Below are positions 43,524 to 53,904 of a stretch of DNA of 64,000 nucleotides, piece after piece. Within the stretch, counting starts at the first letter, position 1. Each line of letters begins with the position of its first letter. The notes under the pieces were generated by a model, which was not told the origin of the DNA, made no database searches, and saw only the letters and a program-made list of their open reading frames with translations. Location: NCBI GenBank assembly GCA_963823655.1, contig CAWGMK010000010.1, positions 352,001 to 416,000 of the forward strand. Reading direction: 5' to 3'. Both the position numbers and the translations under genes were made by a program. This DNA comes from an uncultured Bacillota bacterium (GTDB taxonomy: Bacteria > Bacillota > DTU025 > MWDF01).

Positions 43524-44571
43524 GATAGCGGTAATAGTTCTCTCTGCAATGGTTGCCTTCGCTGCTCTGCCGGGCTTGGCTGTTGCTGCCGGGGAGCCTT
43601 TCAGCCTGAAACTGCAGGAGGGCGGGTCCGTCGCGTTCATAAGGCTGAACACCGGCCTCGACGATGCAGACAAGCTTTACCTTGACCTCGATTGGACGGG
43701 GCTTGCCATCTCCATGGACCTCATGGGCGCATACCTAAGGCTAGGGGCGGCCGTGGATATCTGGGAAAAGGACGAAACTGCATCCAGCATCGGAGTAACA
43801 GCTGGTCTGGGCATCGAATGGACCGAGATCATAAGCCTTGTCGCGGTAGTGGAAACATCGGGCAACGCTTATTTCCAGAAGACGGAGGACGGCATCAGCG
43901 GGGCTTTGACGGCCCGCTTTGCGGCTAACACAGCCAAATTGGCGGTCGAGCTGAATGCAGGGGCAATATGGCCTGATTTCGATGCGTATCCGGCCAAGAT
44001 GCTCGGACAGCAGATATGGTCAGGCAAGGTCCTACAGATGGATCCTGGTCAGGGATGGCTCGACCTGGGGCTCGTATTCTTAAGCTCTAAAGGGCGCAAG
44101 GATGCGATCAAGCTGTCCTACTCGAGGGACATCGAAGAGGCGCTCAACAGGTTCGATGTCGGCTACAGCACAAGTTTCACGCCTGAAGGAACAGGTTTCA
44201 CGATGGGACTGTACACAGGCTTGGGCTTCGGGCAGCTGATACCCATACTTACAAGCGAGTTCTATGCGCAGTACGACATTACCGACAATATCGGCATGAT
44301 GGCAGCCATCGGGGCCCAGGGAGGGCTCTATCCGATGGCATGGTTCAGGGGAAAGGCTTGGGCGGAAATTGATGAGACAGCGATCATTGAGCTTGAGGGG
44401 AAGACCCCGATAATCGTCATCGACCCGCTAGCATCAAGGCTGTACCTAGAGGATCTTTCCAGGGAGATTAGCCTTGGAGTAACGTTCCCCAGGGCGCTGA
44501 TGAGCAAGGTTCTGCTTACCTATGATTTCAACGATGAGCAGTTCAGCCTTGAGTACTCGCTTAAGTTCTAA
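43513..44571 (+). CDS. Secreted protein, probable outer-membrane beta-barrel
   Basis: Signal peptide, many alternating amphipathic strands, C-terminal FSLEYSLKF beta-signal; start overlaps the RND gene end. Confidence 0.6.
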   Translation: MKLRIAVIVLSAMVAFAALPGLAVAAGEPFSLKLQEGGSVAFIRLNTGLDDADKLYLDLDWTGLAISMDLMGAYLRLGAAVDIWEKDETASSIGVTAGLGIEWTEIISLVAVVETSGNAYFQKTEDGISGALTARFAANTAKLAVELNAGAIWPDFDAYPAKMLGQQIWSGKVLQMDPGQGWLDLGLVFLSSKGRKDAIKLSYSRDIEEALNRFDVGYSTSFTPEGTGFTMGLYTGLGFGQLIPILTSEFYAQYDITDNIGMMAAIGAQGGLYPMAWFRGKAWAEIDETAIIELEGKTPIIVIDPLASRLYLEDLSREISLGVTFPRALMSKVLLTYDFNDEQFSLEYSLKF

Positions 44572-44585
44572 TCCCGGAGGTTAGC

Positions 44586-46079
44586 ATGTCGGAAATGCCA
44601 ATACCAGAAGGTCCGGCCGAAATCGAAGCCGCGGCCTCGCCCGAAGAGGCCGCCAGGCCGGAGGGCGAGGCCTTTAAACATGTAAGGGCCGAAGCCAAGG
44701 CCAAATCGGTCATCCTCGACAAGGAGACCATAGAATTCGTCGAGGGGCACCCGGGGCGGTTGAAACCGCTCATCATGCGCCTTGCGCTACCTGCCATCGC
44801 TGAGAACATATTGGCGATGGCTACTCAAATGGCCGACATGATAATGGTCGGCAGGCTAGGGGCTAGCGCGATCGCATCGGTCGGGCTCAGCAACCAGCCT
44901 CTTTTCTTCATTCAGGGGCTTTTCATGGGGCTGGGAGTCGGCACCACTGCCATAGTGGCGAGGCTGTACGGGGCCGGAAGGCGTCGTGAGGCCAACCATG
45001 TAGCCCAGCAGTCCCTTCTTTTCGCATTCCTCTTCTCGGCCCTGGTCTGCAGCATTTGGTACGCCTTTGTCCCGCAGATAGTGGAGTTCATGGGTGCCCA
45101 GCCGGACGTGCTTAAGCTCGGCATCGGCTATATGAGGATCATAGTGCCAGGGTTGTTCCTGTTGACCTTGAACATCACCATGTCATCGGCTTTGAGAGGT
45201 GCCGGGGATACCAGATCGCCGATGATTGCCAACACCATAATCAACCTGATAAATATCGTGGGCAACTACGCCCTTATATTCGGACATTTCGGGATGCCGG
45301 CCCTCGGCGTTAACGGGGCTGCGATCTCAACCTCTGTTTCCAGAGGAATCGGCACTCTCATCCTCTTCTACATAATGGTGGCCGGTAAAGGGGTGGTTGA
45401 GCTAAGCCTTGCCGACGGGATCAAGCTTGATACAGGCACTATAAAAAGGGTGCTTAAGGTCGGGCTTCCGACCGCTGCAGAAAGAGTGAGCCTGAGCCTG
45501 GGTATGACCTTCTATACAAGGATTGTGGCATCTCTGGGCACAGTTACATATGCTGCGCACCAGATAGCCCTAAATGCCGAGCAGATATCCTATATGCCGG
45601 GCTTCGGCTTTGCTACCGCTGCCACCGCACTTGTGGGCCAGGCTTTGGGGGCGGGCAGCAAAAAGATGGCAGAGCGCTCAGGATGGACAGCCTGGAAGAT
45701 GAGCGCCTGGCTTGCCGGAATCATGGGCATTGTGCTGCTCATATGGCCAGAGTATCTGATGAGGCTTTATGTGAGCGACCCTGAGATCATAAAAATCGGC
45801 GCGCTTTGCCTGAGGATAATGGCATTCGCCCAGATCCCGATGTCCGCAGGATTTACCATAGTAGGCGCACTTCGCGGCGCAGGCGACACCAAGGCTGTGC
45901 TTTACTTGACCATATTCAGCGTATGGGTAGTAAGGCTGACCGGAACCTGGTTTGCAGTCAAGGTCCTCGGCCTGGGGTTAGTCGGAGCGTGGCTGGTGAT
46001 GGCGCTGGATTGGTTCACAAGGGCAACGGTATTCATCATCAGGTGGAAGGCGGGCCATTGGAAGGAAAGAAAGGTATAG
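44586..46079 (+). CDS. MATE family efflux transporter
   Basis: LALP, DMIMVGRLG, two LRGAGDT motifs, GQALGA. Confidence 0.92.
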   Translation: MSEMPIPEGPAEIEAAASPEEAARPEGEAFKHVRAEAKAKSVILDKETIEFVEGHPGRLKPLIMRLALPAIAENILAMATQMADMIMVGRLGASAIASVGLSNQPLFFIQGLFMGLGVGTTAIVARLYGAGRRREANHVAQQSLLFAFLFSALVCSIWYAFVPQIVEFMGAQPDVLKLGIGYMRIIVPGLFLLTLNITMSSALRGAGDTRSPMIANTIINLINIVGNYALIFGHFGMPALGVNGAAISTSVSRGIGTLILFYIMVAGKGVVELSLADGIKLDTGTIKRVLKVGLPTAAERVSLSLGMTFYTRIVASLGTVTYAAHQIALNAEQISYMPGFGFATAATALVGQALGAGSKKMAERSGWTAWKMSAWLAGIMGIVLLIWPEYLMRLYVSDPEIIKIGALCLRIMAFAQIPMSAGFTIVGALRGAGDTKAVLYLTIFSVWVVRLTGTWFAVKVLGLGLVGAWLVMALDWFTRATVFIIRWKAGHWKERKV

Positions 46080-46294
46080 TACGGCGAACAAGCTTTCCAT
46101 AAGATAGTATGTCCATATGCATTAAGCAGGCCGTCATGGCCTGCTTTAAGATTCCTATTGGTTTTCTTCCCAATATGATATAAAATGCATCTGTGTTATA
46201 TTAAGCAAATCTTAATATTGCACTATATAGCACAAATAAGGTTATTGATAATGGATTAAGGGATAATCATAACGAGCGGAGGTAGCAAAGACCG

Positions 46295-47159
46295 ATGAAC
46301 GAAGGCTTAAAAAAGATTGGAATATTAACAGATACGATTTCCGACCTGCCGGAAAGCATCTCAAAGAAATTCGGAATAGAAGTCATACCGGTGAAAATCC
46401 ACATAGACGAGAAGACTTACCTTGATAAGGTGGAGATCACCGACGAGGAGTTCTTCAAGCTCCTTCAGGACCCGAGCATACATGCCAAGACCTCGCAACC
46501 GAGCCCCTACGACTTCCAGGTAATCTTCGAGAAGATGCTCACAAAGTACGAGACCGTTAGTCGCAATACACGCGTCTTCCGAGCTGAGCGGCACATTCCA
46601 GTCCGCTTTGATGGCAAAGGAAGCCATTGGCCAGAAGTTTTCGGACAGACTTGTGCTCATCGACACGAAACAGGCCTCGATGGGTGAGGGGATAATGGTA
46701 CTTAGGGCTGCGGAAATGGTGGCAGAAGGGGCCCTGGTCCCCGAAATCGTAAAGGAGCTGGACAGGATCTCAGGGGTAATAAAGACCAGGTTCGTGCCCG
46801 ATACGCTTACATACCTGCAAAGGGGCGGACGCATAGGAAAAGCAAGCGCGTTTCTTGGCAACATCCTGAATATAAAGCCTTTGCTGGGCGTAGATAAGGT
46901 AGTCTATCCGGTAGAGAAGATCAGAGGAAGCAAGAACGTGGTTCCCAAGCTCATTGAGCAGCTTAAGCAGAGCCTTAAGCCAACGGACAAGTTCAAGGCG
47001 TGCATACTAAGCCTTAACATGCCTGAAGACGCTGCTGCGCTGGAAAATCAGATCAATGAGGACGCAAGGGTACAGGAGATAGTCCATGCCAAAGTCGGAC
47101 CCTCTATCGGATGCCATGTCGGGCCCAAAGTGATCGGGCTGATCTGGTATACGCTGTAA
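46295..47159 (+). CDS. DegV family protein; frameshift near 46560
   Basis: LTDTISDL, KTSQPS, LQRGGRIG, IKPLL, HVGP. Confidence 0.88.
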
Positions 47160-47178
47160 AAGGAAGCATCAGTTATCC

Positions 47179-47214
47179 GGGGCTGCTTTGATGAAAAGCA
47201 GCCCCATTCTTTTT
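47179..47214 (+). terminator. Intrinsic terminator
   Basis: GGGGCTGCTTT...AAAGCAGCCCC followed by a T-rich tail. Confidence 0.75.
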
Positions 47215-47504
47215 AACATCGAGGTGTTCAAATGGCCATACGCCTTAAAGTCTTTGCTATTCATATTCTTTGGGTATTTCATGATGCCGGAAGGATTGGC
47301 CCGATATCTAAAGAAAATTAGAAAAAGGCGCATGCCGGGCGAATAGGCGAGGACGATGATTTGGTGGCCCTCAGGGCGAGCATGTTGCATATAAATGGCT
47401 GTGACGCTATGAAAAAACGCCCCTTGGGCGTCGTTTTCCTCGATATAAAACCCCTAATGGTTGAAAAAGGCGGGCAAACAGTGCTACATATCTATTAGTT
47501 AGGT

Positions 47505-47580
47505 TGGTGGCCCAGGCAGGAATTGAACCTGCGGCCAACGGTTTAGGAAACCGCTGCTCTATCCCCTGAGCTACTGGGCC
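47505..47580 (-). tRNA. tRNA-Arg (CCT)
   Basis: Reverse-complement cloverleaf, anticodon loop TTCCTAA, ACCA end. Confidence 0.93.
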
Positions 47581-47588
47581 ACGTTTAT

Positions 47589-47664
47589 TGGCGCGCCTGG
47601 CAGGATTTGAACCTGCGACCTGCGGATTCGTAGTCCGTCACTCTATCCACTGAGCTACAGGCGC
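47589..47664 (-). tRNA. tRNA-Arg (ACG)
   Basis: Reverse-complement cloverleaf, anticodon loop CTACGAA, GCCA end. Confidence 0.93.
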
Positions 47665-47727
47665 CTGACTTTTATATATTACATCCGTGGGACGGCATAG
47701 TCAATAACGGCCGGTGCCGGAAAGGTT

Positions 47728-48954
47728 GTGCAGGTCATGCTGCCAAATACGGAAAAGCAGATGCGAGAGTATCTCCAGCTGCTTCTTCAGGACTCGAAAA
47801 TCCAGCGGCTTTTCAAATACATAGAAAATGACCATATAAACACGGTAAATGAGCAGTGTGACATTGCGCTTATCGAGGCGCCGCCCCTTTTCGAGGACGC
47901 GAGGGCTGCCGATATCGCCGAACGCTTTGGGGAACTAGGCTTAATTGGCGCTCGCGTAGATGAGCATAAGAACGCGGTTGCCCTGCTTCCTGGCAGCGGC
48001 AAGCATGGGGACCTGCTTATAGAAGCCCACCTCGACACGGTCTTCCCGTTCGGCACTGTCAAAGGCATCAAGATGAGCGAAGGAAGGATCGAAGCGCCGG
48101 GAATTTGCGACAACTGCAGGGGCCTTGCTGCGATTCTGTGCATTATAAGGGCGATGAACCATGCGGGCATCGCACTTAAGAAGGACGTTACTTTCGCAGG
48201 CACATCCGGGGAGGAAGGCATCGGGGATCTCAAAGGCATGAGGGGGCTCTTCGCCTTCGGCCAAAGGAAGTACGACTACTGTTTGAGCGTAGATGGGCAC
48301 GGCAAAGGAGATTTCGTCTTCGACGGCACAGGCAGCCGCAGGTATGAAGTCGTTTTCGAAACAGCCGGCGGGCACAGCTGGACTGACTTCGGCAAGCCGA
48401 GCGCAATACACGCTATGGGAAGGGCGATATCGAAGATAGCTGCCATAGGTGCCAAAGATGGCCCCAAGACCACTTATAATGTCGGGCTTATTAAAGGAGG
48501 CACTTCCGTCAACGCAATCGCCCAATCAGCGTCAATGACCGTGGATATGCGTTCGGAATCCCCGGAACACCTTGAGGAGCTGGAGAGGGCATTCATGGAA
48601 TTGGTAAATGCCGCGTGCGATGAGGAGGTCAAAGCTGCCAGCATCAAGGCCGAAGTGAAGGCGTCATTCAGAAAAGTTGGCGACAGGCCTGCGGGGCGCC
48701 AGCCTGAGGGCTCCCCCATGCCATTGGCTGCGTCCATCGGCTGCGAGCTTCTTGGAATCAAATATGAGAGGACCGGGGCATCAAGCACGAATGCGAACAT
48801 CCCCATATCCTACGGGGTGCCCAGCCTTTGTATGGGAGCAGGGGGCGATGGCGGAGGAATCCATACCGTGGAGGAGTGGTTCCTGCCCTCCGATGGTTGG
48901 AGGGCCATACAGCTATGTGCACTGCTTCTTATCGCATGTGCAGGGCTTGCCTGA
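47728..48954 (+). CDS. M20/M25/M40 family metallopeptidase
   Basis: AHLDTVFP, GICDN, GEEG, GGHS, GGTSVNAI, DMRS, IHTVEEW. Confidence 0.9.
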   Translation: MQVMLPNTEKQMREYLQLLLQDSKIQRLFKYIENDHINTVNEQCDIALIEAPPLFEDARAADIAERFGELGLIGARVDEHKNAVALLPGSGKHGDLLIEAHLDTVFPFGTVKGIKMSEGRIEAPGICDNCRGLAAILCIIRAMNHAGIALKKDVTFAGTSGEEGIGDLKGMRGLFAFGQRKYDYCLSVDGHGKGDFVFDGTGSRRYEVVFETAGGHSWTDFGKPSAIHAMGRAISKIAAIGAKDGPKTTYNVGLIKGGTSVNAIAQSASMTVDMRSESPEHLEELERAFMELVNAACDEEVKAASIKAEVKASFRKVGDRPAGRQPEGSPMPLAASIGCELLGIKYERTGASSTNANIPISYGVPSLCMGAGGDGGGIHTVEEWFLPSDGWRAIQLCALLLIACAGLA

Positions 48955-49007
48955 TTAGATAGTGAATTTGCGGCCGCACCAAATGGACCAGGTGCGGCCG
49001 CCTCCTC

Positions 49008-49754
49008 TTACTTAGATATCTTACCGACAGGGGCAATATATACTGTGAATTCATCCTCGCCGTCGACACCGATCAGACGGTCCATCAGCACCTGGTCGTA
49101 CGCTGCAATTGCGCATGTGCCGAAGCCGATGGATTCTGCCGCCAGGTACATGTTCTGGCATACGTGCCCTGCATCAAGCAGCAGGATCTTGTGAGCGGTC
49201 GAAGGATAGCGCCATTCGCTCCTGTACGGGATTACAGTCCATGCGAAAGTAGCCGCGGCCTTTCCGGCGAAGGCCTGGTTCAGGCATCCTTCGGCAAGGG
49301 GCCCGGCAAGCTGGTCTGACTCTTTTATCAGCTCGAGCTTGTTTTCAAGCGGCAGATAACGGTATAGCCCCTTGTTAAGCCCGGTTACGTTAAGCGCGAA
49401 TATATAGGTTTCGAAGGCATGCCGGGATCCGGCAGAAGGCACCGTACGCCTTGTTGCCACCCCGTTCTTGAAGACTTCATGAACCCCCTGGGTAGCCCAG
49501 AGAAGCCATGAGAGCTGCTCAAGGCTCATCGGCTCGGGACCGTATTCCCTTCTGCTCTTTCTGCCTAATATGAGAGACTTCAGGTCGCTGTTGACAAGCG
49601 CTGCTGAATCCCACGCCGGAAGGTCTACCATAAGCCCTTGTGCTGGCTTCTGTAACGGCGGAGGAGGCATTCCCTGCTGCTGATCGCTTTTGACCGACCT
49701 TGCCATAAGAAAAGCGGACTTCAAGTTATTCCTTAATTCCCTTATCTGGTCCAT
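49008..49754 (-). CDS. SagB/ThcOx family nitroreductase-like protein
   Basis: RKSRR, LLWATQG, PSAG, DAGHVCQNMYL. Confidence 0.88.
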   Translation of the reverse strand: MDQIRELRNNLKSAFLMARSVKSDQQQGMPPPPLQKPAQGLMVDLPAWDSAALVNSDLKSLILGRKSRREYGPEPMSLEQLSWLLWATQGVHEVFKNGVATRRTVPSAGSRHAFETYIFALNVTGLNKGLYRYLPLENKLELIKESDQLAGPLAEGCLNQAFAGKAAATFAWTVIPYRSEWRYPSTAHKILLLDAGHVCQNMYLAAESIGFGTCAIAAYDQVLMDRLIGVDGEDEFTVYIAPVGKISK

Positions 49755-49850
49755 ATTGACCCTCCGTTCCTTTGATTGGCCGGGAATAGCTGATTTGATT
49801 ATACTATCATTGTAATATATGCGCTAAATCAGGCGGGCGAGGCAAAAGCA

Positions 49851-50312
49851 ATGGAAGCGCGAGCAGGAATGCACGAAAACTATATGCGCATTGCGCTGGA
49901 TGAGGCAAAAAAGGCTCTGGAAATGGGAGAAGTCCCTGTAGGTGCCTGTATTATCCACGAAGGCCAGGTCATCGCGAAGGCCGGAAATAGGCGGGAAGCG
50001 GACAATGATCCGACCGCCCATGCTGAGATTCTCGCGATAAAGCATGCATCCGCGGCATTGGGCAAGTGGCGCCTCTCAGATTGCACGCTATATGTTAGCC
50101 TGGAACCTTGCACTATGTGCGCGGGCGCGATATTACAGGCAAGGTTGGGCTCCCTAATCTTCGGCGCTTTTGACGATAAGGCCGGCGCCTGCGGAAGCCT
50201 CTATGACATACCGAGGGATTTCCGGCTGAACCACTTCGTCGAAGTCATTCCCGGAGTCCTTGAGAAGGAATCGACCTTGCTTCTTAAGGAATTCTTCAAA
50301 CAGAAAAGATAA
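49851..50312 (+). CDS. tadA: tRNA adenosine(34) deaminase
   Basis: GEVPVGA, DPTAHAE, LEPCTMC, LNH, FFKQKR. Confidence 0.95.
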   Translation: MEARAGMHENYMRIALDEAKKALEMGEVPVGACIIHEGQVIAKAGNRREADNDPTAHAEILAIKHASAALGKWRLSDCTLYVSLEPCTMCAGAILQARLGSLIFGAFDDKAGACGSLYDIPRDFRLNHFVEVIPGVLEKESTLLLKEFFKQKR

Positions 50313-50377
50313 TCTTGCAACTTAAAGCGAAGGCGGAGGCCCGCGTAAGCCTCCGCCTCTTTTCATTTTAAGTGGGT

Positions 50378-52966
50378 TTACTTGGCAGTTGCATAGAAGA
50401 TGGAGTTGAAGAACAGCTTGAAGGTGCCGTGCGGCTGTCCGCGATGCTGCGGGCGGAAGCCGATCATGATCGCGCGGCCCTTGCCATAGCTGTACTCAAG
50501 CAGATTAGCCTTACCCTGAATATACTGCGGACCCATAAGCCATCCGGACATCAGCGGATTCCTGTCAGCGGGATACGCTGCAAGAATCTTGACGCCGGGG
50601 CCTGTGACTTCGAAAGTCGGGCTCGCTACGAAGTAGGCGCCGAACTTCTCATCCATGCCGAAGGTCACGGGGCTTGTCTTATCGACAAGATCCGCCTCAA
50701 GTACTGAGCCGGGGCAGTAGAAATTGGCGCTGGTCACTCCCGTAAGGGCATTCTTGACAGGAGCGCCGAGAATCGTTGTGGCGAAGTCGAAGATGCTGTC
50801 GAACAGTATCAATGTGCCACCGGCATTGACGAACTCCTTAAGGTTGGCAAGGCCTGCATCTCCCATGCCGCCCGCGAACTCGGCAGGGTAGGTATTGGCG
50901 CTGATGCCGTTCTTAAGGCTGTTCGTGGACGTATCGGGCAGTATGATCGCGTCGAACTTGTCGATCAGTTTGCCGGCTTTTATGTCGCCATCGCGCAAGA
51001 AAGTGTAAGGAATCTCGAATTTGTCGAATATCAGCCTTGTCCATCCGGCATCGGCATTTCCGCCCCAGTTCTCGTAGATGCCGACTTTTGGATTCGAAAG
51101 GGTCGTCATCTTAACTGCGGGTGCTGCCGCTACAGGGTAGAATGTTGAGGAATACTTGGTCGCCATTTCGAAAAGCTTGGTCTCAAGGCCGGGGGCTGCC
51201 AGTACTATTGTTGTGCCCGCGGGCAGTTCGGTACCGCCCACCTTTGCGGGTTCCATCATCCACTTAAGCTTGAAACCTGCGGCAAGAAGCTTGCTGCGGA
51301 CAGTGGCGCTGTAGTTTGCCTCGGGCCTGAATGCGAAGCCGTAGCTGGCATCTCCGGATACGAACGCCCCGGAGACTCTGCTGAATGTGTTAACAAGGAC
51401 CAGTTCGGCCTCAAATTGCTTCTCGACTCTTATGCACTCCACTCCCATCTGCATGGGAAGTGTCCAACCGGCGACATCGTATGGAGCCTCAGCCGGTCCG
51501 CCCGGGTACTGCAACCTGTCGGGGTACTGCTGCTTTTCCAGCAGTGCCATGACGTTGGGCCTGTAGGGCTGAGCTGTGAGTATCACAAATGTGCCGGCGG
51601 GGTAATTCTTGCCGTCCGCAACGAATGCCTTAGCCGCCTTGTGGACTTCCACACCCTGGAAGTCAAGGACTTCGAGCATCCAGTTCAGCGTGGCGGGATC
51701 ATTGGGATCAACCGGCAGCACGAAGGCCGACGGCGATTCCGTTAGGCCTCTGTATACGGCATCTTGGCCCATCTGCACGAAGTTGCTTACGAAGTCCTCC
51801 TTAAACCTGGAAAGGCCCTTCGCGAAAGAGTAGATTACCAATTCGGGATAGGCTACTACATCCTCGAAGGTCCATAGGCCGCCCGGCCATGGCTCGGGGA
51901 ATGTCTGCACCCTGGTCTGCGCATTGGCAAGGCCCCTGGTGCTTGAGGTAAGCTTGTCGAACCCGATTGTTATCGGAGTTGCTATATTGACACTTGCGGT
52001 CTCAGTGAGGAAGCCGACCATGTTGTGATAATACGGGCCGCTCCTCATACCGCCGTGCCACCAGGTGTCGTACATGGCATTGGTGACAACGCCGGTCATC
52101 TTCTGGGCCGAAAGGTCGGTAGTCGCGATGCCGCCCAGCAGCATGATCTCCCTGAAGATGATAGAAGGTATCTCGGGATTCGGCGGATCGAAGAACGGGG
52201 GTACGAAGAGCCTTGCTCCGTTGGAGCCCATCTGGTGGATGTCATATACCACTTCAGGGAACCAATCAGTATAGAGCACCTTTCCCACGTTCCTGCTTTC
52301 GGGCAGGTTGAACATGAACCAGTCGCGGTTGTTGTCATGCCCGGTGTAGTAATGGTACAGATACGGAGGCGCTGTGCCCTCATACTTGGTTCCGAGGTAC
52401 TTGCTGTACCAATCAACGACCATGACATGTCCGTCCGGGTTCAAAGACGGCACGAACAGCATGATCACGTCGTCAAGTACTTCTTCGAGCTCCTTGTCTT
52501 CGGTGATCGCGTATGTGAATATTGCATTTAGTATCGCGTGCACGCCACCGATTTCGGTTGAGTGTATGGAGCCGCCGACCAGGTAGACGGCCTTGGCTTG
52601 AGATTCCAGGGCCTCGATTTCGGTCTGGGACAGCCCGCGGGGATCTGCCAGCTTCTTTTGTATCATCTTGTAGTATTCGAGGTTGGCTATATTCTCCTCC
52701 GAGCTGACTATCGCCATTATCTGGCGGTCGCCGAGCACCGTCGGGCCTATGTCCTGGTAGACTACCCTGGCAGATTCCTTATCCAGGAGCTGCAGGTAGG
52801 TTTTGATATCGGGCCAGGAACACAACTTGCTGCTTGTACCCGGTTTGAAACCAAAGAAATCCACCGGTGAGGTTAGGATTGGGCCTTCGGCTGATACCGT
52901 ACCGCCGATTAGGACCACAGCGATAAGCAAGACCGACAGGATTGCGAACAACCTTCTGCTTGTCAT
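50378..52966 (-). CDS. Secreted M14 zinc carboxypeptidase with a C-terminal glutamine-amidotransferase-like domain
   Basis: Signal peptide; IHSTE, NPDG, HDNNRD, DIHQMG, YDVAGWTL. Confidence 0.88.
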   Translation of the reverse strand: MTSRRLFAILSVLLIAVVLIGGTVSAEGPILTSPVDFFGFKPGTSSKLCSWPDIKTYLQLLDKESARVVYQDIGPTVLGDRQIMAIVSSEENIANLEYYKMIQKKLADPRGLSQTEIEALESQAKAVYLVGGSIHSTEIGGVHAILNAIFTYAITEDKELEEVLDDVIMLFVPSLNPDGHVMVVDWYSKYLGTKYEGTAPPYLYHYYTGHDNNRDWFMFNLPESRNVGKVLYTDWFPEVVYDIHQMGSNGARLFVPPFFDPPNPEIPSIIFREIMLLGGIATTDLSAQKMTGVVTNAMYDTWWHGGMRSGPYYHNMVGFLTETASVNIATPITIGFDKLTSSTRGLANAQTRVQTFPEPWPGGLWTFEDVVAYPELVIYSFAKGLSRFKEDFVSNFVQMGQDAVYRGLTESPSAFVLPVDPNDPATLNWMLEVLDFQGVEVHKAAKAFVADGKNYPAGTFVILTAQPYRPNVMALLEKQQYPDRLQYPGGPAEAPYDVAGWTLPMQMGVECIRVEKQFEAELVLVNTFSRVSGAFVSGDASYGFAFRPEANYSATVRSKLLAAGFKLKWMMEPAKVGGTELPAGTTIVLAAPGLETKLFEMATKYSSTFYPVAAAPAVKMTTLSNPKVGIYENWGGNADAGWTRLIFDKFEIPYTFLRDGDIKAGKLIDKFDAIILPDTSTNSLKNGISANTYPAEFAGGMGDAGLANLKEFVNAGGTLILFDSIFDFATTILGAPVKNALTGVTSANFYCPGSVLEADLVDKTSPVTFGMDEKFGAYFVASPTFEVTGPGVKILAAYPADRNPLMSGWLMGPQYIQGKANLLEYSYGKGRAIMIGFRPQHRGQPHGTFKLFFNSIFYATAK

Positions 52967-53280
52967 CGAAGCACCTCCCTATTGATTTAGACACTGGGAA
53001 TTTGGCATATGCTGCCCCAAACCTTACAAAATATGGCTATCAGACAGCAATGATTAATTTTCAACATTATTGATTCTTATCCTTCATCATTCCACGCATA
53101 CGCAAATGAATATTAATATGGCCGGTTATGTGTAGGATTAATATGTTTTGCAACCTTATGCGGTTCCGGATGTATAAGAGAGGGATAGAGGAAGCCATAT
53201 TGCGGTTGATTCAACTGACCGGATGCTATAAAATAAAATTTGCCGTCAAAAAGAGACGACCAATCAGCGACGGTGTACAC

Positions 53281-53370
53281 GGAGAGATGGCTGAGCGGTC
53301 AAAAGCGCTCGCCTCGAAAGCGAGTGGGCCAGAAATGGCCCCGTGAGTTCGAATCTCACTCTCTCCGCCA
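53281..53370 (+). tRNA. tRNA-Ser (CGA)
   Basis: Anticodon loop CTCGAAA, long variable arm, GCCA end. Confidence 0.95.
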
Positions 53371-53423
53371 TAAAAGAATAGTCCTTCCGGATTGACGCGC
53401 AATCGGTGCGCCGGGCCGGACGC

Positions 53424-53516
53424 GGAGAGGTGGTTGAGTGGTCTAAGGCGCTCGCCTGGAGAGCGAGTAGGCAGATGACCTCTGCCTCGTGGGTTCAAAT
53501 CCCACCCTCTCCGCCA
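53424..53516 (+). tRNA. tRNA-Ser (GGA)
   Basis: Anticodon loop CTGGAGA, long variable arm, GCCA end. Confidence 0.95.
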
Positions 53517-53531
53517 TTAATTGTCCAACTT

Positions 53532-53800
53532 TGGCCGCGCTAGGCGGGGAGTTAGCGGTGCCCTGTACTCGCAATCCGCTGCAGCGAGGCTTAATTCCTG
53601 CCCCAGGCCCTCATTTTTGAGGCAGCCCGGCGCAAGTGGCATTGATATCCGGGTCTTGCGCAATGCGGACCTGTGAACCCCGTCAGGATCGGAAGATAGC
53701 AGCGGTAAACAGGAAACCGCATGTGCCGCGGGGCAGCCTGGAGGGAGTCGGCTACGTCGGTCCCGCTCGGAAGTGCGTGTCGAAGGCAGGTGCGCGGCCA
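53532..53800 (+). ncRNA. ffs: Large (Bacillus-type) signal recognition particle RNA
   Basis: Alu-domain GCGGTGCCCTGTACTCGCAATCCGCT; helix 8 TCAGGATCGGAAGATAGCAGC; complementary ends TGGCCGCGC/GCGCGGCCA; upstream of dnaX. Confidence 0.93.
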
Positions 53801-53904
53801 TTCTTTGGGGGCGGGCTTATAATGAAGCCCGCCCATTTTTCATACTTCGGTTGCAAGGTCAAAGGGCAGGACCTGAAGAACTATAAACAGAAACGGAGGC
53901 AGAC

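Noticed and set aside
49008-49754. RiPP (azole) biosynthetic cluster around the SagB-like gene
   Set aside because: No YcaO cyclodehydratase or precursor peptide nearby. Stand-alone SagB-like nitroreductases are common in anaerobes.
53112-53145. Direct repeat ATTAATATG x2 in an AT-rich intergenic region
   Set aside because: Only two short copies in AT-rich DNA; could easily be chance.
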